Below, one piece after another: positions 56,794 through 64,000 of a stretch of 64,000 nucleotides of DNA. Origin of the DNA: a virus; IMG/VR virus record IMGVR_UViG_3300021964_000023, positions 32,001-96,000 of that record; one strand, written 5' to 3'. A program made the position numbers and the translations under genes. The notes below the pieces were generated by a model. The model was given only the letters and a program-made list of their open reading frames with translations. It searched no databases and had not been told where the DNA came from. How positions within the stretch are numbered: position 1 is the first letter of the stretch; every line of letters starts with the position of its first letter.

Positions 56794-57327
56794 ATGAATT
56801 ACATAGAAGATTGCTGCCAAATAGTTGGTAACTATAATTTGTCATTTTCTGAAGAAGATATATTAAACTTCATTCAGATCAGACGTAGATGGTCTGTAGG
56901 AACTTTGAGTGTTATAAACTATGCAAAAAATGAGACTAATTATCTCTATGAGAATGATGGATATTTGAATTATCCCAAAGTTAAACGTATGTATGATTTA
57001 GGATTTACTATACAAGCACCACATATTTTGGATCTTACGAAAGACCTTAGAGATCTGAATGAAAAACTTTTTGATATACGCGGATGCGATACAATAGGAA
57101 ATTTTTATTTCTCAAAAGGTAATAATAGTCTTCCTAGTTTTCTTCCACATACTCATGATTACAATGTTGTAGTTAAACCAATATATGGTCAGGCAGAGTG
57201 GTTGGTTGGGGAAGATACTTTTACTGCTGGACCTGATGATGTTATATTCATTCCTGCAAAGTGTCCTCACGCAGTTACTAAAGGTGAAGAACCAAGATTA
57301 TCGATAACTTTTAATTTAGATGAGTAA
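56794..57327 (+). CDS. JmjC/cupin-like oxygenase
   Basis: FLPHTHDYNV..YGQAEW, DVIFIPAKCPHAV, RLSITF. Confidence 0.7.
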   Translation: MNYIEDCCQIVGNYNLSFSEEDILNFIQIRRRWSVGTLSVINYAKNETNYLYENDGYLNYPKVKRMYDLGFTIQAPHILDLTKDLRDLNEKLFDIRGCDTIGNFYFSKGNNSLPSFLPHTHDYNVVVKPIYGQAEWLVGEDTFTAGPDDVIFIPAKCPHAVTKGEEPRLSITFNLDE

Positions 57328-57332
57328 AGACC

Positions 57333-57581
57333 ATGTTAGTACGATGCAAATGTTGCAATAGAGAGTTGCAATCTAATTCTATAAAGACTGTTGTTTGTGG
57401 TTGTTCTAATTCTCTTCAACTTAGAGGAGATGTGATAACAGCTGTTGATTTATCTAAGGTCATTATTGTAGAGGGACTTACTGACAATAAAAAACCAGAC
57501 ACACTATCAAGAGAAGATAGGGTCTGGCAAGAGAACCGACGTAAGCGTAAGGTTCGTAAGTTAGATTTTGATATTAGATAG
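57333..57581 (+). CDS. Small Cys-rich (Zn-binding?) protein
   Basis: CKCC..CGCSN. Confidence 0.65.
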   Translation: MLVRCKCCNRELQSNSIKTVVCGCSNSLQLRGDVITAVDLSKVIIVEGLTDNKKPDTLSREDRVWQENRRKRKVRKLDFDIR

Positions 57582-58179
57582 GGTGCATATCTAAGTCTTC
57601 ACCAATGATTGCATATTGCATACCGTCAGACTTTACTTCTCCAAATTTAAATACTTTTTTAGAAAGTATACTTCTTTGGAATGTTCCTTCTTGTTCAGAT
57701 TCGGAGTTGAATCCTTTATCAAATTTAATTCCTAGAGGGTGAGAGACGATAATATCACCAGGTTGTGCGTGAATTCCTTCCAACCACTCACCTTTAAGAA
57801 TTAACTTTCTGAATCTTTTGAATCCAGATACAAGGATTCTAGATCTTTCTGATGCCGTAAATTCGGTAGGGTCGATGACATACTCTGCTTCCCATCCCAT
57901 CTCACCAAGTCTCCCAGGTTCACCATACCTAATGTTGGTAATGAGATCATGCATTTTTCTATCAATGTCCTCTCTATTGAAACCAGACATAAAAAGTGAT
58001 TTCAACCCTACAGCAAGGTAACTCTTTTTACTGTAATATGGGACAATGAATGGACAAAGGTTTATTTGTTTACCGCCCGATATATAGGGAATTTTAATTT
58101 GTAGTTTGTCACCAGGTTCAAACAATTCCTCATCGGTAAAATAACCCATTTCGGATAAATACTTATCAATAACTTGCAT
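57574..58179 (-). CDS. Hypothetical protein (opposite strand)
   Basis: 201-aa ORF with TGC-TATAAT extended -10 upstream (58209-58201). Confidence 0.65.
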   Translation of the reverse strand: MQVIDKYLSEMGYFTDEELFEPGDKLQIKIPYISGGKQINLCPFIVPYYSKKSYLAVGLKSLFMSGFNREDIDRKMHDLITNIRYGEPGRLGEMGWEAEYVIDPTEFTASERSRILVSGFKRFRKLILKGEWLEGIHAQPGDIIVSHPLGIKFDKGFNSESEQEGTFQRSILSKKVFKFGEVKSDGMQYAIIGEDLDMHPI

Positions 58180-58257
58180 TAGATTGACACAGTTTTGATC
58201 ATTATAGCATGGATGTAAAGGTTAATCTTTATTACATATTTGTATCAACACGATACG

Positions 58258-58286
58258 TTGACATGCAACTATTCCCTATATAGAAT
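58258..58286 (+). promoter_or_regulatory. sigma70-type promoter
   Basis: TTGACA-N17-TAGAAT. Confidence 0.65.
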
Positions 58287-58314
58287 TTAAAAGCAAACGT
58301 AGCACTGTGCCTTA

Positions 58315-58566
58315 ATGGATCCATCTACTACATATACATCTTCTCTTCTTGGAGTTTATTTTCTCCTTTTGGTTATCGTGCTAATGATAGCATATGGCGG
58401 AGTAGAGGGTACGTTGAGAGTCTTTGCATATCTAGATCTTCAATTTAGATTTGCCATAGTCAAAATTCAGATGTTCTTCATTGAGAGGAAACTGAGAAGG
58501 AGACTTATTAAAGACACAGAAGACTACACTAAACTCATAAAGGAGATGCAAGATGACCAACGATAG
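58315..58566 (+). CDS. Small membrane protein
   Basis: Hydrophobic N-terminus. Confidence 0.6.
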   Translation: MDPSTTYTSSLLGVYFLLLVIVLMIAYGGVEGTLRVFAYLDLQFRFAIVKIQMFFIERKLRRRLIKDTEDYTKLIKEMQDDQR

Positions 58567-58816
58567 GGAATTCTCCGACCTCAAACTTGAGAGGAAGGAA
58601 TGTCCTAAGTGTGGTGCAATCTGGATAAACGGAGAGCACAGATGGTCTGGAACAGGTAACAAGGGAAATGAATTGGACCTTGCAGGATTGGTATGTAACA
58701 AGTTGGGCGACCACCAATGCATTAATCCCCAAAAAGGTATGGACGGTGGAGATACCTGGGCAAAGCGTCTAGAAGAACTTCATAAAAAGAGTGATGAAAA
58801 TGATGTCAATCTTTAA
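58553..58816 (+). CDS. Small Cys-containing protein
   Basis: CPKC, DLAGLVCN, CINP; AGGAG SD. Confidence 0.7.
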   Translation: MTNDREFSDLKLERKECPKCGAIWINGEHRWSGTGNKGNELDLAGLVCNKLGDHQCINPQKGMDGGDTWAKRLEELHKKSDENDVNL

Positions 58817-59030
58817 GAAACCGCTTCCACCAGAACCATTGCCAGACTATGCAACTAAAGAAGAAGTGCAGGAGATGATTGATGCTGCCATACGCCGTCA
58901 CAATCGGAATGCTTCGATTATTAGTATGTGTGTTGGTTGGGTTGTTCTTGCACTTTTTGCTGAAGGTCTTCTTCGACTTATCGGAGTAATTCCTCCCGTA
59001 TTGCCATGGCTCAACATTACCCTGAACTGA
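58800..59030 (+). CDS. Small membrane protein
   Basis: IDAAIRRHNRNASIIS plus a TM segment. Confidence 0.6.
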   Translation: MMSIFKKPLPPEPLPDYATKEEVQEMIDAAIRRHNRNASIISMCVGWVVLALFAEGLLRLIGVIPPVLPWLNITLN

Positions 59031-59185
59031 TTGGTATTGTTTTACTGTTAGTGTTTGCCGTCACAATGTTCTATCAGGGGACATTGATTGTGACAGGCAA
59101 ACGTGGTTATAGGCACTGCGAACGAGAAAAACAAAAAATGGAAAGTGCTCGCAAACAAGTAGAAGAATTATTTAAGAAAAAATGA
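59006..59185 (+). CDS. Small membrane protein (59 aa)
   Basis: Hand-read MAQHYPELIGIVLLLVFAVTMFYQG... Confidence 0.5.
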   Translation: MAQHYPELIGIVLLLVFAVTMFYQGTLIVTGKRGYRHCEREKQKMESARKQVEELFKKK

Positions 59186-59352
59186 GTCCAGAAGAGAAGA
59201 GGGAATTTTACAAATCTTTGAGAGAAAGGGTCCATCAGTTGAGAATGGGACATCTTTTTGAAGAACCATGCCCACTTTATGAACCTGAATGGGACGACTG
59301 TATTTGGGATTGCAGACTAACCTACGATCATGATGAAGAAGATGCCGCTTAA
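59182..59352 (+). CDS. Small hypothetical protein (56 aa)
   Basis: Hand-read MSPEEKREFYKSLRER..HLFEEPCPLYE; ATGA-coupled. Confidence 0.5.
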   Translation: MSPEEKREFYKSLRERVHQLRMGHLFEEPCPLYEPEWDDCIWDCRLTYDHDEEDAA

Positions 59353-59474
59353 TGAATTTTGGGAGTTTATCTCCTATGTAATGTATCTTTATGTTGCTTG
59401 GGTAAGTGGCATTCTTTTGGGATACGTTATCCGCAAAATGGAAGAATAAATAATCAAACACTTTTTTAAAGATA

Positions 59475-60080
59475 ATGTTTGTTGATCCTAGTCTTAGTAG
59501 AATAGATACTTCGATCTTCACTGATAATTATGGACAGATCAGGGAAGATTATATAAAGATGCGTAACTATGACTTCTTTATTGATTATTCTCATACGTAT
59601 GATTTGACAGCAAATCCTGGTGATGATTTTCTGGGGTTTACGCCAACCTTAACTCCAGATAGTCCTTGGAAGATATGTCCTCTCATATTCAATAGGAAAG
59701 ATATTAAGAGAACTCCGAAGTTATGTAGAGAGTGTTTTACTACGGAGTTGCTTTTAAACCAACCTATTCGACCAGTACTGGCAGTCTTCTCCATTTTAGA
59801 ACCAGGAGTAGAGTTAGAACCACATAGTGATGGTGATCAAAGAATTGATCCCAACTATGCAGATTCTAGTGTAATTAAGTTTCACTTTGGATTGGATGTC
59901 CCTCCAAATGGAGATTGTGGACTAGTAGTTAATGGTGAGAAGAGAGTTTTGGAGAATGGAGATTTAAATTTGTTTGATGAGAAGTTGTCTCCTCACTACG
60001 CATATAACCAATCAGCATCTCGTAGGGGTGTGCTAATCGTCTCTTATATTAGAGATGAAGTATTGACAGAACTGGGTTAG
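59475..60080 (+). CDS. Asp/Asn beta-hydroxylase-like 2OG oxygenase
   Basis: FSILEPGVELEPHSD, HFGLDVP, LFDE..HYAYN..RGVL. Confidence 0.82.
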   Translation: MFVDPSLSRIDTSIFTDNYGQIREDYIKMRNYDFFIDYSHTYDLTANPGDDFLGFTPTLTPDSPWKICPLIFNRKDIKRTPKLCRECFTTELLLNQPIRPVLAVFSILEPGVELEPHSDGDQRIDPNYADSSVIKFHFGLDVPPNGDCGLVVNGEKRVLENGDLNLFDEKLSPHYAYNQSASRRGVLIVSYIRDEVLTELG

Positions 60081-60091
60081 TATTGTACAAT
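60063..60091 (+). promoter_or_regulatory. sigma70-type promoter for tRNA-Pro
   Basis: TTGACA-N17-TACAAT. Confidence 0.75.
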
Positions 60092-60101
60092 AACTGAGTG
60101 A

Positions 60102-60175
60102 CGGGATGTAGCTCAGTTTGGTAGAGCACTCGCTTTGGGAGCGAGATGCCGCAGGTTCAAATCCTGTCATCCCGA
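60102..60175 (+). tRNA. tRNA-Pro(UGG)
   Basis: CGGGATG/CATCCCG, CTCGC-TTTGGGA-GCGAG. Confidence 0.95.
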
Positions 60176-60200
60176 TTTTTTATATAATCTTTTGTCACAG

Positions 60201-60824
60201 ATGTACGTAGAAAAGTATAAGACTGCAGAACCCGTAATTCAAGGGACGCATAGAATTGCAGAGCAACCTCTTGTTTATTATCGGGAAGTCATTCCATCAA
60301 AGATCATTGATGTAATGGTAGAAGAGCTTCGTGAGATGGAAGAGTTTAATGTTCCATTTGAAGATGCTGAAGTTGGAGGTGATCGTTTTGGTAAGATGGA
60401 TCACTCCGTCAGAAATTCAAAATTAAATTGGTGGTCTGAAGAGCATTGGTCAACTAGCGTAATCTCTCATTACATTGGACTTGCAAATAGAAAGTATTGG
60501 GAGTATGACCTGAATCTTCTTGAGAGTATTCAGATATCTGTTTATAATAAAGATGGTCATTATGATTGGCATAGTGATTATGGTACTTCTACTAATGGGA
60601 ACTTTACTAGAAAGTTAAGTGCTAGTGTTCTGGTTAGTGAACCTACTGATTATATTGGTGGAGATCTTGAGTTCATTGATTATCATGGCAATATAGTAAA
60701 GACTCCTAAAGAAAAGGGAACTATTATTGTTTTTGATTCTAGAATTCCTCATCGTGTAACACCTGTAACTCATGGTAGACGAGTCTCTCTTGTAACCTGG
60801 ATGTACGGACCTAAACTAAAATGA
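60201..60824 (+). CDS. PKHD/prolyl-hydroxylase-type 2OG-Fe(II) oxygenase
   Basis: YDWHSD, RKLS, GGDLEF, HRVTPVTHGRRVSLVTW; start moved downstream of tRNA-Pro. Confidence 0.88.
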   Translation: MYVEKYKTAEPVIQGTHRIAEQPLVYYREVIPSKIIDVMVEELREMEEFNVPFEDAEVGGDRFGKMDHSVRNSKLNWWSEEHWSTSVISHYIGLANRKYWEYDLNLLESIQISVYNKDGHYDWHSDYGTSTNGNFTRKLSASVLVSEPTDYIGGDLEFIDYHGNIVKTPKEKGTIIVFDSRIPHRVTPVTHGRRVSLVTWMYGPKLK

Positions 60825-61468
60825 TCACACACCCTTGGCCAAGATTTACAAAAGAAGGATTTAAAAAGACAAAGGTTCCTGATGACCTTTATCTTGATAT
60901 GGCAGTTGCATACAATCAAGCAAGATTTACCGACATTCAGCAAGACTATTATTATGAAGAGCACTATGGTCATTCTGTTGCTGGTGGATCGGTTGCAATG
61001 TATGACAACCCAAGACCATTTTATCTGAGAGCAAATATACAACAGCATATCTTCCGTCGTTGGGCAAAGAGACTTCAACCAATGATGGAAGAATGGTGTG
61101 GTGAAGAACTTGAGTTTATTCAGGGTTATGGAATACGCTCGTATATGAGAGATTCTATCTTATGTGTTCATCGAGATGAAATTCAAACTCACATTATTAG
61201 TCTTATTGTTCACATCGATGAATATCCCGATGTAAAATGGCCTCTAGATTTTATTGATCATGAAGGTAAGCATCATGAAGTAACCTTTGAAAAACAAGAC
61301 ATGTTGATGTATGAAAGTCTTTGTGTTCATGCAAGATCAACACCCTTTATGGGTGAGTACTATAGAAATATGTACTTCCATTGGTGTCCAGTAGATTGGG
61401 ATCCTTCCCCATATGAAGAAAATACTCTGAGATATAAGACTATTCAGGAGGCACTAGATGAAGTTTGA
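60821..61468 (+). CDS. 2OG-Fe(II) oxygenase-like protein
   Basis: YGIRSY..LCVHRD, WPL, HAR..F.G..Y.N..FH. Confidence 0.72.
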   Translation: MITHPWPRFTKEGFKKTKVPDDLYLDMAVAYNQARFTDIQQDYYYEEHYGHSVAGGSVAMYDNPRPFYLRANIQQHIFRRWAKRLQPMMEEWCGEELEFIQGYGIRSYMRDSILCVHRDEIQTHIISLIVHIDEYPDVKWPLDFIDHEGKHHEVTFEKQDMLMYESLCVHARSTPFMGEYYRNMYFHWCPVDWDPSPYEENTLRYKTIQEALDEV

Positions 61469-61640
61469 GTTTGATACTTACACGATCCAAGAATGGGAGA
61501 ATAACTGGGATGAGTTGTTCTCAAGAGTTGAGAATGGAGAAACCATAGGAATTATTAGTGAGGACGGTCACACAGCTGTCATGGTGCCCGCTGATGATGA
61601 GATGATTAGGTTGTATAGTGAACACGACGAAGCATGTTAG
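61458..61640 (+). CDS. Phd/YefM antitoxin-like small protein
   Basis: TIQEWENNWDELFSRVENGETIGII..GHTAVMVP. Confidence 0.5.
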   Translation: MKFEFDTYTIQEWENNWDELFSRVENGETIGIISEDGHTAVMVPADDEMIRLYSEHDEAC

Positions 61641-61644
61641 TCAT

Positions 61645-61716
61645 GGGACTGTCGCCTATTGGTTAAGGCCCACTGCTTATAACGGTGTGAACTGGGTTCA
61701 ATTCCCAGCAGTCCTA
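61645..61716 (+). tRNA. tRNA-Ile(UAU)
   Basis: GGGACTG/CAGTCCT, CACTG-CTTATAA-CGGTG. Confidence 0.88.
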
Positions 61717-61739
61717 TTTGCTATTCGCAAATAGCAAAC

Positions 61740-61812
61740 GCTCCTTTAGCAATCTGGTGAATGCAGCGAACTCATAATTCGCCTGAGGCGTGTTCGATCC
61801 ACGCAAGGAGCA
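61740..61812 (+). tRNA. tRNA with CAU anticodon (elongator Met or lysidine-Ile2)
   Basis: GCTCCTT/AAGGAGC, GCGAA-CTCATAA-TTCGC; lacks initiator features. Confidence 0.9.
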
Positions 61813-61813
61813 C

Positions 61814-61842
61814 TTGACGTAATAACGTCATACTAGTAAAAT
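61814..61842 (+). promoter_or_regulatory. sigma70-type promoter with a palindrome over the -35 box
   Basis: TTGACG-N17-TAAAAT; TGACGT-AATA-ACGTCA. Confidence 0.55.
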
Positions 61843-61866
61843 ACTATTGTCAACATTCACAGGACA

Positions 61867-62076
61867 ATGACAATCACTGTAAAGTTCAAGAAGGACATTC
61901 AGACTCTCAAGTCTGCTGCCAATGGAGATCTTTTTCTGGACGTAAAAAATCCTAAACTCTTCAAAAAAGTCCGTCGCTATTATGAGAACACTGGTGTTGT
62001 ATTTTCTGGCGATCCTCTAGATGACTATGACATCCTTATGGAGTCTCTGTTAGCGGACCTTGAATCTGTAGTATAA
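61867..62076 (+). CDS. Conserved small hypothetical protein
   Basis: AGGA SD; LDVKNPKLFKKVRRYYE..DDYDIL. Confidence 0.75.
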   Translation: MTITVKFKKDIQTLKSAANGDLFLDVKNPKLFKKVRRYYENTGVVFSGDPLDDYDILMESLLADLESVV

Positions 62077-62124
62077 GTTTCCTAGTTCTTAAAACTAGGT
62101 GGTGGAGTCACATACCCTAAAATT

Positions 62125-62745
62125 ATGCCAACTAAAAACGACTATAACGAAGACATAAAAGAACTACAAACCCTCAACCAAGATTTCATTGTCGTATGGG
62201 ACAATGTTATTCCAGATGATTTTTGTGATTGGTTGGTCCATTACTTAGAAGATAACTCTAGTTATCTTATGGGGAAGCGTAGTAGAAACTTTATGTCCGA
62301 TAAGCAGGTAGAGATGCATAACTTCTCTCCTGCTGAAGCTGATGGTCTTCAAAGTTTTGTTAATCAATGCTTTATAGATTATGCAGATGAGTATCCATAT
62401 TTAAAATCATTTCCTTTTGTGAGTAGTTGTGTTCTCCTTCAAAAGACTGAACCCAAAGAAGGATATCATGCATTTCATGGAGAAAATTTGGGTTGGAATA
62501 ATAAGAATAGAAGTCTTGCTTGGATGGTCTATCTTAATGATGTTGAAGAAGAAGGAGAAACTGAATTTTTATATCAAGAATTAAAACTCAAACCCAAAAA
62601 AGGTCGAGTAGTTATTTGGCCAGGATCTTTCACTCATCTTCATAGAGGCAATCCACCAAGAAGCACTAAGTACATTGCAACTGGTTGGTATGCTTGTTGT
62701 GAAGGAATGGAAGAGCGTTATGTGTCTCCTATGGGACAACCGTGA
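62125..62745 (+). CDS. 2OG-Fe(II) oxygenase
   Basis: YHAFHGE, WMVYLNDV..GETEF, HLHRGNPP..KYIATGW. Confidence 0.88.
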   Translation: MPTKNDYNEDIKELQTLNQDFIVVWDNVIPDDFCDWLVHYLEDNSSYLMGKRSRNFMSDKQVEMHNFSPAEADGLQSFVNQCFIDYADEYPYLKSFPFVSSCVLLQKTEPKEGYHAFHGENLGWNNKNRSLAWMVYLNDVEEEGETEFLYQELKLKPKKGRVVIWPGSFTHLHRGNPPRSTKYIATGWYACCEGMEERYVSPMGQP

Positions 62746-63569
62746 TACATGTACCTCATCTTGAATGGCATGTAACTCACTCCTGTAATTTTACTTGTCA
62801 GGGGTGTGGTCACTATACCAATGATGGATACAAACAAAATATAACTTTAGAGACTCTCAGAGAATGGTATCTTCTATGGAATAGAAGAATCCGTCCTCGG
62901 GAGTTATCTTTATTGGGAGGAGAACCATTTCTCAATAAAGATATTGTAGATATAATCTACATGACAAAGGAGGTTTGGGATATACAAGAAGATCAAGGAT
63001 ATGAATTAGTATCTAATGGACTCTTATTTGATAGAGTGGAAGGAATAAGTAAAGCATTAATAGATACTAATTGTGTTCTTACAATTACAAAACATTCTGA
63101 GAATAAAAATTATATTAGATTATTTGATAAGGCAATAAATATTATCAAAGAGTCTGGAGTATCTTATAGAATTCATGATGCATCAAACTATTGGTTAAAA
63201 ACCTATCATGGATATGGTTCAACAATTGAACCACTTCAGAGTGATGATTATAAAAAATCTTGGGACAATTGTCCAGGTGGACAAGAGAATTTTATTCTTC
63301 AAGATGGTAACATATATAAATGTGCAGCACTTGCATACCTACCATTACAAAAACAAAAGTATGGTAGCGAATTATCTACTAAGTGGGATCCCTATTTAAA
63401 ATATAAACCATTATCACCAGATGCAAGTGATTTAGATGTCTTGGAATTTTTTACTAGAACTGCCGAACCTGTCTGTTCAATGTGTCCTAAAAATAAAAAT
63501 TTCTTTACAAAAGAAACCCCTCTTCATTCGCCGCGATACATGAGGTCCTTGTATGAATCCAACAACTGA
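62742..63569 (+). CDS. Radical SAM protein with C-terminal Cys (twitch/SPASM-like) region
   Basis: CNFTCQGC, GGEP, SNG, C..GNIYKC..CSMC. Confidence 0.85.
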   Translation: MIHVPHLEWHVTHSCNFTCQGCGHYTNDGYKQNITLETLREWYLLWNRRIRPRELSLLGGEPFLNKDIVDIIYMTKEVWDIQEDQGYELVSNGLLFDRVEGISKALIDTNCVLTITKHSENKNYIRLFDKAINIIKESGVSYRIHDASNYWLKTYHGYGSTIEPLQSDDYKKSWDNCPGGQENFILQDGNIYKCAALAYLPLQKQKYGSELSTKWDPYLKYKPLSPDASDLDVLEFFTRTAEPVCSMCPKNKNFFTKETPLHSPRYMRSLYESNN

Positions 63570-64000
63570 AGTTCTAATTATTGATGATCTTTTTGATGAG
63601 TCAACAATATCTGAATTAAAAAGTAGCGTTGAAAAACAATTTAATGATAATTTATTAGCTAAAGATTTTATTGAGATAACAGAATCTATAGTTGACTGTC
63701 ATGGTTTGGCATTATCTGATACTGCTTATTTTCCATATTCTGAGAGGTGTTGGAATATTCTTTGCTTGAAAATAAAAAAGAATGTTGATAAGTATTCTGA
63801 GTCTTTGGGAATTGATCCTGTTTCAGTAATTCCTTATTCTTGCTGGGCAGAAAGATCTGTAAATGCTTCTGCAGAATATACTCGTCCTGTAGATGGAACT
63901 ATAGAATTTGATTTTCCACTTAGACCTAATGGGAATTACGTTAGGGACGCTGCCGAAATCGTAAAAGATCCTGACGGACAGGTCAGAAAACATTTTTTAA
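63553..64000 (+). CDS. Hypothetical protein, partial (possibly oxygenase-like)
   Basis: Open frame MNPTTEVLIIDDLFDE... to the window end. Confidence 0.55.
   Translation, partial: MNPTTEVLIIDDLFDESTISELKSSVEKQFNDNLLAKDFIEITESIVDCHGLALSDTAYFPYSERCWNILCLKIKKNVDKYSESLGIDPVSVIPYSCWAERSVNASAEYTRPVDGTIEFDFPLRPNGNYVRDAAEIVKDPDGQVRKHFL

Noticed and set aside
58242-58256. NtcA box
   Set aside because: Spacing is GTA-N9-TAC, not the canonical N8
60135-60200. N-terminal extension of the oxygenase ORF in the track
   Set aside because: Overlaps tRNA-Pro; ATG 60201 is the plausible start

Overview
A 64-kb slice of a T4-like cyanomyovirus (Kyanoviridae-type, probably a Synechococcus phage). The core order is: head genes (gp21-gp22-gp23), gp3-uvsY-uvsW, gp55-gp47-gp46, peptidase/VWA + CobS-like AAA, gp45-gp44-dam-gp62-regA-hsp20, gp43-uvsX-gp41, mazG, virion genes, gp61-nrdA-nrdB, then a tRNA-rich region with 7 tRNAs. 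Spread through this core is a large, visibly AT-rich set of tailoring enzymes: six GT25-like glycosyltransferase paralogs, two B12-dependent radical SAM paralogs plus a third radical SAM, a sulfotransferase, a short DegT aminotransferase, an amidinotransferase, an NDP-sugar dehydrogenase and epimerase, a flavin halogenase, an SGNH-like protein and about ten 2OG-Fe(II)/cupin oxygenases. Its centre is an 11-gene translationally coupled island between gp41 and mazG, which looks like a pathway for a guanidinylated and/or sulfated glycan. Other notable signals are a dnaX-type -1 frameshift site (A AAA AAG plus hairpin) fusing two virion-type ORFs, a ROSE-like thermometer upstream of hsp20, a consensus antisense promoter near gp55, and two possibly AUA-decoding tRNAs. 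All calls rest on motif recognition and synteny recalled by eye; no searches were run.
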